Shown: positions 57,278-64,000 of the stretch, piece after piece
How positions within the stretch are numbered: the stretch's first letter is position 1
How the letters are laid out: every line of letters starts with the position of its first letter
Origin: a virus
IMG/VR virus record: IMGVR_UViG_3300021185_002646
Coordinates: 16,278-80,277 of that record
Strand: one strand, 5' to 3'
DNA length: 64,000 nucleotides
The notes under the pieces: model-generated
The model's database searches: none
Seen by the model: only the letters and a program-made list of their open reading frames with translations
Told to the model about the DNA's origin: nothing
Program-made: the position numbers and the translations under genes

Positions 57278-58481
57278 TTTTTGTACAATTCCTTGGATAC
57301 ATGCCGCTACTAAAACAAATGGATCTAGCAGAGTATGTTGTTTAATGAGTAATAGCTCTGGCGGAGAAACAGGGCATAACTTTAAACAACACAGTGTAGA
57401 AGAAATTCACAATAGCGAGTTTTCACGTAAAATACGTAAGCAATTTTTAGCAGGCGAGAAACCAACAGAGTGTAATACATGTTGGGTTAAAGAAGATAAT
57501 GGTGGTTACAGTAGGCGTACATTTACAAATAAGATTTATAAACACTTTGACTACGATAAAGCAGTACAAGTAACAAAATCAGATGGTAGCACAACACAGA
57601 TGCCAGTATATTGGGATTTAAGGTTTGGTAACTTATGCAATTTAAAATGTGTAATGTGCGGACCTCAAAGTAGTAGTATGTGGTACAAAGACTGGGCGAA
57701 AGTTCACTCCACTGATCATTTTTACGACAGCGGTACAAAAATTGACATTTCGGACGGAAACAAACAAAATAGGAAAGATCGTGAATCGGATTATGATTGG
57801 TGGGAAAGTGAACACTTTTGGGAACAGTTAGATAAGCACAAGGAACAACTACAACATGTTTACTTAGTAGGTGGTGAGCCTATGTTAGTAGAGCCTCATT
57901 ACAAATTTTTGCAAAAGCTAATAGACAGTGATATAAGTAAAAATGTAGTGTTAGAGTACGATACGAATATCACAAATGTACATCAACGTGCAATTGATCA
58001 ATGGAAGCATTTTAAAAAACTAATGCTTAGATGTAGTATAGATGATTTTGGTGAGCAAAATGATTATATACGTTTTCCTAGTAAATGGTATAAACTAAAT
58101 GAAAATATAGAACAAATTAATGCATTACTACCTGATACAGAAATAGAAATAAGTATCACATGGCAAATGCTTAATGCATTTACAGTATTAAACTTATTAG
58201 ATCATTTTAAACAGTATCATATTAATATAAGAATATTATCTATTCCTGATCATTTAGATGCAAAGCATTTACCAAAGCAGGCAAAATTAGATATTATAAA
58301 TATGTATACTAATTCAGTACATAAAGATAAGCTATCCCATTTAATAAACTATCTGAACAATACGTTAGATTATGATAGCAATCCATATGATTGTATAGTT
58401 TTCTTAGAAAAATTAGATGAAATACGAGGTACAGACTGGAAAAAAACGTTTATTGAATTACATAAATCGATAAATACTTAA
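57261..58481 (+). CDS. Radical SAM/twitch-SPASM protein
   Basis: CNLKCVMC, VGGEPM, YIRFPS.W. Confidence 0.9.
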   Translation: MMQKNSFCTIPWIHAATKTNGSSRVCCLMSNSSGGETGHNFKQHSVEEIHNSEFSRKIRKQFLAGEKPTECNTCWVKEDNGGYSRRTFTNKIYKHFDYDKAVQVTKSDGSTTQMPVYWDLRFGNLCNLKCVMCGPQSSSMWYKDWAKVHSTDHFYDSGTKIDISDGNKQNRKDRESDYDWWESEHFWEQLDKHKEQLQHVYLVGGEPMLVEPHYKFLQKLIDSDISKNVVLEYDTNITNVHQRAIDQWKHFKKLMLRCSIDDFGEQNDYIRFPSKWYKLNENIEQINALLPDTEIEISITWQMLNAFTVLNLLDHFKQYHINIRILSIPDHLDAKHLPKQAKLDIINMYTNSVHKDKLSHLINYLNNTLDYDSNPYDCIVFLEKLDEIRGTDWKKTFIELHKSINT

Positions 58482-58495
58482 AACAGAGGTATACT

Positions 58496-59392
58496 ATGAA
58501 AATAAATGATATAACAAATGAAAACAGTGGTGTCAAGAGAGTCAATACAGGCATTGATATGAAAGCTGAACTGGCTAAACGAGCTGCACAAATATCTTCG
58601 CCAGGAACTAATCCAACCTTAAACACTAGAACAAATGTTACTAGAAATAGCAATTCAGGTACAGGTACCACACATAAAACATTTAGTAAGTATATATCTA
58701 AAACAGGCGACTTAGGTGGAACATCATTAAGTAAAGTAAACAATATAAAAAAATCAGCAACTGGAGCCACAGGCACTAGCACAAAACGATTTGTTAGACC
58801 AGGTGGAGCAGGAACACAAAGCGTAACAGATGTTGCTACTGGACAAACAACTAATACCAAGTTTCAACTAAAAGGACCACAAAGTTGGGCATATGATAAA
58901 CCAAAACTAAATGCTTCTAAGAAAATAAAAGAAGATGGCGTTATAGTTCCAGGTGTTAATACTACAGTAGATGTTAAGCCAGGGCAAACTGAAAAAGAAG
59001 CAGCCAAGTTTTTTGGAAAAGGCAAACCAGCAGAATTACACAAAAAAGCACGTAAGAACAGTAATGCACATAACTTATATAATTTAGGATTAGTATCTGA
59101 AAATAAGAAAAAAGATGATAAGCCAAGTGACATTGAAGGCTTTGATCCGCAAACTGCAATGGATATTAAAAAACTAAAAGCAAAATATCCACACGCTGAT
59201 AATATAATGTCAGCACTAATGGCTCAAACAAGTCAAACTTTACAAAACCAATACAAGGGTGATCAACGCAGAGACGAACAAGACAAAAAACAAGTTGAGC
59301 AAGATAAAAAGCATAATACAAGATTCCGAGAGCTTGAACAGAGAATATGGAATATAGTTATGAAAAACGATCTCAAAGAGGGTAAAAAATAA
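58496..59392 (+). CDS. Hypothetical protein with targeting-like N-terminus (MKINDITNE) and internal IKE/VSE junctions
   Basis: Late promoter ~58470; EDGVIVPGVNTTVDV module. Confidence 0.7.
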   Translation: MKINDITNENSGVKRVNTGIDMKAELAKRAAQISSPGTNPTLNTRTNVTRNSNSGTGTTHKTFSKYISKTGDLGGTSLSKVNNIKKSATGATGTSTKRFVRPGGAGTQSVTDVATGQTTNTKFQLKGPQSWAYDKPKLNASKKIKEDGVIVPGVNTTVDVKPGQTEKEAAKFFGKGKPAELHKKARKNSNAHNLYNLGLVSENKKKDDKPSDIEGFDPQTAMDIKKLKAKYPHADNIMSALMAQTSQTLQNQYKGDQRRDEQDKKQVEQDKKHNTRFRELEQRIWNIVMKNDLKEGKK

Positions 59393-59395
59393 ACT

Positions 59396-59701
59396 ATGAT
59401 AGTCTATATTGTACAAATGGAAAAGTCAAAAACAGCTGATCCTGATGCAGTAGATTATAAAGACGTTGATGAACCTCATAGATATGTAGCAGGAGTTTTT
59501 AGCGATTATAAGCAGGCTCACAAAGCAGGTAAGGCAGAAGTAAAATGGCGTCATGGTAGATATGACTATTGTGTACATGATCATGTATTAGATCATATCA
59601 ATAAGACTAAAATAAAATATAAAATATGTGAAACAAACCCATATGGAGAACTTTCACCAGATTATAAAATAATTAATATCAAAGAACATATAAACAAATG
59701 A
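59396..59701 (+). CDS. Hypothetical protein
   Basis: 101 aa ORF. Confidence 0.65.
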   Translation: MIVYIVQMEKSKTADPDAVDYKDVDEPHRYVAGVFSDYKQAHKAGKAEVKWRHGRYDYCVHDHVLDHINKTKIKYKICETNPYGELSPDYKIINIKEHINK

Positions 59702-59886
59702 AAAGAGATTACGATAAGTTAATGGATTCAAGAATGGATTCTACCGAAGACCAATTTAAGCAATTAAATCTACTATTACACAAAATTAATGTAATGGGAA
59801 ATTGGCATCAGCGTCATGACATAGTTGACATGTCATTCAAAGCAAAAAAACTAGTCGAAAGCCTAGAAGAGAAATTTAACCTATAA
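59698..59886 (+). CDS. Hypothetical protein
   Basis: 62 aa ORF, overlapping start. Confidence 0.6.
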   Translation: MKRDYDKLMDSRMDSTEDQFKQLNLLLHKINVMGNWHQRHDIVDMSFKAKKLVESLEEKFNL

Positions 59887-60077
59887 TGAAAATAAAAGAT
59901 ATATTAAAGTTACCTAAAATAGAAATAGGCGATGAAATACTTGTAGGAAAATTTAAAAATCGTAAAGCAGTAGTTACTGGCTTTACAACAGATGAAAACA
60001 ACCAGCCAGTGTTAAAAACAACCAAAGGCGATCAGAAATTATTCAAACCAAGAATAGTTAAATTAATGGATAAGTAA
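59886..60077 (+). CDS. Small conserved phage protein (IEIGDEILVGKFKN)
   Basis: 63 aa; begins MKIKDIL. Confidence 0.7.
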   Translation: MKIKDILKLPKIEIGDEILVGKFKNRKAVVTGFTTDENNQPVLKTTKGDQKLFKPRIVKLMDK

Positions 60078-60078
60078 T

Positions 60079-60459
60079 ATGAAGATAGAGCTGAAACGCT
60101 TTCGTCCGTCTCAGATCTTCCAGTTAAGAAGTATACTAACAAAAGAAACTGCTGAACTATGTTATTTAGAATGGCCTTTTACAAAAGAGGTTGCAGAATC
60201 TTTCATTTCCAACTATAATACATGGGGTATATGGATTAACGGAGGAATACTGGTAGGTGCAGTAGAAGTTAAAGAAGATTTTGAAACAGCATACTTTGTA
60301 AATGAGAAGTATAGAAATATGGGTATAGCAACAAAGGCTGTAACAATGTGTAAGGAAGCACTTGCAGACAAACAACTTTGGTGTGTTATTAACCCTAATA
60401 ATAAAGCAAGTTTAAAGGTAGCTAATAATGTAAATTTAAGAGTAAGTTTTATTAGTTAA
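60079..60459 (+). CDS. GNAT acetyltransferase (RimJ-like)
   Basis: YRNMGIATKA, N.ASLKV. Confidence 0.8.
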   Translation: MKIELKRFRPSQIFQLRSILTKETAELCYLEWPFTKEVAESFISNYNTWGIWINGGILVGAVEVKEDFETAYFVNEKYRNMGIATKAVTMCKEALADKQLWCVINPNNKASLKVANNVNLRVSFIS

Positions 60460-60467
60460 ATACAGTT

Positions 60468-60701
60468 ATGTCAAGTAAGAAATTTAATAAAGAAGAACTA
60501 AAAGATACACATGGTCCTATGAACAGTGTAGCAAAAGATGATGCATTAGTTTGGGCAGGAGCACCAGATGTAAAACATTTAAGTAAATTAGAACCACACA
60601 AACGCAGAGAAGTTATTGCTAAAAAACAAAAAGCAAAAACTAGTAGTAAAAAACATGATAGAAATTTAGGTAAGCAAATACTTAAAAACCTAGAGGAGTA
60701 A
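60468..60701 (+). CDS. Hypothetical basic protein
   Basis: 77 aa; TAAATA-5nt-ATG. Confidence 0.65.
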   Translation: MSSKKFNKEELKDTHGPMNSVAKDDALVWAGAPDVKHLSKLEPHKRREVIAKKQKAKTSSKKHDRNLGKQILKNLEE

Positions 60702-60704
60702 AAT

Positions 60705-61466
60705 ATGGACTATTCAAAAGTAGACAAAGACGGAAAAAAATTAACATCAATAGTAGAACCTGCTAATCAAAAGTACCAGGCAGGATATTATGATTACTGG
60801 TTAGAAGATCCTTCAAAATACGAACCAACAGAAGAAGATATTAAATGTGAATTGCAATTATCAGCATTAAGTACTGTTGAGCCTTTAAAGTGGGAAATTG
60901 ACTTAGGATGGTTTAGAAAAGAAATAAAAGCATATGATGATAAATGGGTTCCATATTTACGCAGAGAAGGTGTAGTAAACAACAGAGAAGGCCTATGTTT
61001 AGTAGGACTACCAGGAGATAATCCTTGGGATAGTTTAAGTATGCCAGAAGCAATAAAAAGATCTGGACGAATGCTTACTGAATTAGATTTTAATGAACCT
61101 ACACAGTTATACAAAGACTGTAAAAGTTTGCATCCACTATTAGACTATTGGAAGCCACTAGGGCGTACAATTATTGTTAACAGCGGTGCAGGCGGCTGGT
61201 TCCCACCACACAAAGATCAGCCTATGCTGACAAGAAATACATTTAGAGTATGTGCATTTGTGTCAAAAAATGTAGGACATGATGCATACGAATGGGTATC
61301 AGACGGGCATACTTGGCCTGTTAAATCGGGCGGTGTATACTACATAGACACACGTAAAACACATAGAACACACAGTTGGAAGCCAGATAGCATGCATTTA
61401 GTAATGAATATACCCAAAACATGGGAAAATGTCATGAAGCTAATGAGTGCCACACTCAATTACTAA
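60705..61466 (+). CDS. 2OG-Fe(II) oxygenase (Asp/Asn beta-hydroxylase-like)
   Basis: GGWFPPHKD, YYIDTRKTH, HLVMN. Confidence 0.75.
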   Translation: MDYSKVDKDGKKLTSIVEPANQKYQAGYYDYWLEDPSKYEPTEEDIKCELQLSALSTVEPLKWEIDLGWFRKEIKAYDDKWVPYLRREGVVNNREGLCLVGLPGDNPWDSLSMPEAIKRSGRMLTELDFNEPTQLYKDCKSLHPLLDYWKPLGRTIIVNSGAGGWFPPHKDQPMLTRNTFRVCAFVSKNVGHDAYEWVSDGHTWPVKSGGVYYIDTRKTHRTHSWKPDSMHLVMNIPKTWENVMKLMSATLNY

Positions 61467-61497
61467 AGGTTTCTAATCGAATTAGATAAATACTTGT

Positions 61498-61704
61498 ATG
61501 AAGATTACGGACATAATAACCGAAGATGCAGACGCAGGAAGTACAATGGCAGGTAATATTGCTAGTGTTTCTTTTCCTATGACGCCCGGAACTAAGAAAA
61601 AAGACGCTCGTAAGGCAGTTGATCCTAACGGATACTTAGGTAATGGTAAACGTAAAAAGCAAAGCGTAGGTTATAATGAAGAAGTAAAGGTTATAAGAAG
61701 ATGA
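61498..61704 (+). CDS. Small protein with targeting-like N-terminus (MKITDIITE/DADAGST.AGNIAS)
   Basis: TAAATA-5nt-ATG. Confidence 0.7.
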   Translation: MKITDIITEDADAGSTMAGNIASVSFPMTPGTKKKDARKAVDPNGYLGNGKRKKQSVGYNEEVKVIRR

Positions 61705-61997
61705 GAGCAGACCAATTAGAAAGCATTTATGCAAAAAACAGAGACGAGCCTATGAATCCTGAAGTATTAGTACAAGGATGGGGTAGACTTGATCTTAAGT
61801 CTTTAGAAACTAAAGTAGTAAGAATGTTTCATGAGATTGCAGAAATGGGCGAAAAAGGTAATTGGGAAAATGTTGAATACAATCTAAACAAGGGTTTAGT
61901 ACAATCATTTATAAAAGCCATCAATGAAACCTATGAAGAATTAGAAACAATTAGAAAACGCGGCGGTACGAACAGTCGTGGCATTGAAAAAAGGTAA
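61701..61997 (+). CDS. Hypothetical protein
   Basis: 98 aa; MRADQLE. Confidence 0.7.
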   Translation: MRADQLESIYAKNRDEPMNPEVLVQGWGRLDLKSLETKVVRMFHEIAEMGEKGNWENVEYNLNKGLVQSFIKAINETYEELETIRKRGGTNSRGIEKR

Positions 61998-62002
61998 CGA
62001 CT

Positions 62003-63052
62003 ATGGATACAAAGCACCCAACATATATAAAAATTAATAATACTTTTGATCGTGTTATGGACGAAATTAGCAAATTTGAAAAAGTATTTCAACCAGGAGG
62101 CAAGCTAGAGCAAGCCATCCTAGAAATTGATGGAGACCCATCATATTTAAAAGACTTAGCAACAGCACTTGAAGAAACATACGAGGTTTTACAAGAAGCA
62201 CACTACGGTACATTAGGTCACGTAGTAGATGAGCAACTAAGCAAAAAGAAAAAAATTACACCAAGCACACCAGTTGATATGGTAGCAGAAGGCGTACTAG
62301 ATGGCGCAGACGAAGATGGATTTATGGCTCGTAGCCAATTATACTTCCTAGCCAGAGATGCAATTAAATTACACGGTATTGTAAAAGACCAAGATGATTT
62401 AGCACCATGGGTTTCAAGTAAAATTGCACAAGCTTCAAAGGATATGGATTCAGTTCGTCGTTACACTGAATACAATGCCATGAAAGCTGAAATCGAACCA
62501 GAAGCACATACACACGAAATGCCACAAGAGATGCCACAAGAGATGCCACAAGAGATGAATGAAGGTACTATGATTGGCGGACTAATGAAATATGATGGTC
62601 AACCAGAAGGCGAATATGCAGACGCAGTAGCAAGATATAAAGAGTTTATGTCTCAACCTCGTCCACCAAGTGAAGCAACAACTGATATGGTACAAGGCTT
62701 TATATTTGACGATGAGTTATTAGATAGCCTAGGCGAAGCCGAAGATGGTAATGATGTACTTGACGTTAGATACATTGTTCAAAGCAGACTAGAAGATTTC
62801 TTTGGTCCAGACTTTGAACTAGGCGAAAGTGTTTATGAAGCAAAAGCAGAAATGTGCCCAGAAGCATGTTGTGGAAAGCCTATAACAGAATGCAAATGTG
62901 GACCAGATTGCGAACACTGTGATTGCCATTCAAAGAACTCAGCAATGAACGAAGGTATGGAATTTGATGAAAAACGCAATGATGATTTACAAGTTATAGC
63001 AAAAGACATGTTTAAGCATGCATTAGCAAACGCTAAGAAAAAGGTGAAATAA
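62003..63052 (+). CDS. Acidic multi-module protein with EMPQ repeats and a Cys-rich module
   Basis: MARSQLY...L.PWV.SKI module; CPEACCGKPITECKCGPDCEHCDC. Confidence 0.7.
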   Translation: MDTKHPTYIKINNTFDRVMDEISKFEKVFQPGGKLEQAILEIDGDPSYLKDLATALEETYEVLQEAHYGTLGHVVDEQLSKKKKITPSTPVDMVAEGVLDGADEDGFMARSQLYFLARDAIKLHGIVKDQDDLAPWVSSKIAQASKDMDSVRRYTEYNAMKAEIEPEAHTHEMPQEMPQEMPQEMNEGTMIGGLMKYDGQPEGEYADAVARYKEFMSQPRPPSEATTDMVQGFIFDDELLDSLGEAEDGNDVLDVRYIVQSRLEDFFGPDFELGESVYEAKAEMCPEACCGKPITECKCGPDCEHCDCHSKNSAMNEGMEFDEKRNDDLQVIAKDMFKHALANAKKKVK

Positions 63053-63054
63053 TT

Positions 63055-63633
63055 ATGTTTACTAAAGCCGATTTTGAAAAGAACGAAGATAATAATTATC
63101 ATACAGAAAATGGTATTGAAATGGCAAAACATTTTGGTACTGAAGATGAACAAAAATTAATGTTACAAATTCAAAAAGATCATTATGCTCGTGGGCATAT
63201 TAATCCAGATGAAATTGAAGCACGTTCAGGTATCGTTAAAAAATATTGGCATATGTTAGAAAGTATTAGTGAAGGTGTTAGCGATGATGAAATTGCAAAA
63301 CATTACAGAATGTTAAAACTTCCAAGCATGAAGTCATGGGAAAAACTAGTTAAAATGGGCCTTCCTAAACAAAAGGCTAATGAAGACGAAGGCTCAGGAC
63401 ATGATAGACAATATTATAGAGATCTAGACAAAGGCCAACTTAATCATACTAAATCAATGTTAATGAAAACTGCAGCTCAATTAGAAGTAGCAATTAATCA
63501 AAGATCAAAATTCAGTAGAGAATTAATGGGAAATGGCGATAAAGCCGGTACAGGCGATCTGTATAATATGTTAGACAAACTCAACAAATTAATTGAAGAG
63601 TGGGATAACGAAACAGAATTATACGGAATGTAG
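63055..63633 (+). CDS. Hypothetical protein
   Basis: 192 aa; FEKNEDNNYHTEN. Confidence 0.7.
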   Translation: MFTKADFEKNEDNNYHTENGIEMAKHFGTEDEQKLMLQIQKDHYARGHINPDEIEARSGIVKKYWHMLESISEGVSDDEIAKHYRMLKLPSMKSWEKLVKMGLPKQKANEDEGSGHDRQYYRDLDKGQLNHTKSMLMKTAAQLEVAINQRSKFSRELMGNGDKAGTGDLYNMLDKLNKLIEEWDNETELYGM

Positions 63634-63643
63634 GAGAGCTATT

Positions 63644-64000
63644 ATGAGATTAAGCAATTTAGAAGAAGGATCATACAACAATGCTCCAGAGCCAAAGAAA
63701 ATGCAAGTAACAGTTGCTGATAAAAAAGCTAACACTGAAGCATGGAAACGTTATCAAGCAGGCGACTCAAGATACGAATTTAAAAATCCAACAACCGAAG
63801 CTGAACAAGAAAAAGCATTTTTAAGAAGAATGCAACCAGGACAACCAGACATTATAGAAGATGCTAAAGGCAGAGATGAAAGTGTAAAAAACATTGACGA
63901 GATTTTAGTAAAAATGGGTGCTGATGCTCCAAGCGATATCATTGCTGATATTATGCATTGGATTGATGCACACCCAGGTGAAAACTTAGAAGACTTAATA
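63644..64000 (+). CDS. Hypothetical protein, 3'-truncated (MRLSNLEEG...)
   Basis: AGGAG SD; frame open to the window end. Confidence 0.7.
   Translation, partial: MRLSNLEEGSYNNAPEPKKMQVTVADKKANTEAWKRYQAGDSRYEFKNPTTEAEQEKAFLRRMQPGQPDIIEDAKGRDESVKNIDEILVKMGADAPSDIIADIMHWIDAHPGENLEDLI

Noticed and set aside
62516-62557. 12-bp tandem repeat (EMPQ x3)
   Set aside because: Simple in-frame linker expansion
1-64000. Stop-codon reassignment as seen in some large phages
   Set aside because: Conserved genes are full length under code 11, all three stops terminate genes, and there is no suppressor tRNA
1-64000. Bacterial chromosome or prophage interpretation (housekeeping genes, tRNAs)
   Set aside because: Single-strand gene packing, T4-type late promoters, endolysin/spanins, tail-fibre protein and scattered host-like genes without their usual operons indicate a lytic phage; no integrase, transposase, intron or reverse transcriptase was seen

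Overview
AT-rich (~32% GC by eye), gene-dense, almost entirely + strand segment of a large T4-like (myovirus-type, probably jumbo) bacteriophage, read with the standard code. The host is probably a marine alphaproteobacterium, inferred from the circularly permuted two-piece tmRNA, the DUF1127 small-protein locus and the ROSE-like hsp20 leader. Contents: 10 tRNAs, a permuted tmRNA (tag ANANYEPEMALAA), translation factors (IF1, IF3, bS21), a complete Clp/chaperone set (ClpP, ClpX, ClpA, ClpS, Hsp20, DnaJ), Fe-S/redox genes (IscU, SufE, Fpr, peroxiredoxin), metabolic/repair genes (GuaC, PhoH, UvsE, DNA ligase, HD hydrolase), lysis genes (GH19 endolysin, holin candidate, spanin pair), repeated sigma70 early-promoter cassettes and many TAAATA late promoters. 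Main candidates for new biology: (1) an ~18 kb late cluster (45.8-64 kb) whose proteins share an N-terminal capsid-targeting-like signal and are built as polyproteins with (L/I/V)xE protease-like junctions, carrying a CCA-adding enzyme, a HAD nucleotidase, a Pol-beta nucleotidyltransferase, a transglycosylase and membrane/repeat proteins with a shared YWDTDL motif; (2) a multi-hairpin RNA with three long-range pairings leading a DUF1127 small-protein operon; (3) six late genes with TAAATA exactly 5 nt before ATG, suggesting leaderless mRNAs; (4) tmRNA plus a ClpX with altered substrate loops; (5) two apparent pseudoenzymes. All product calls come from motif recognition by eye; no database searches were run.
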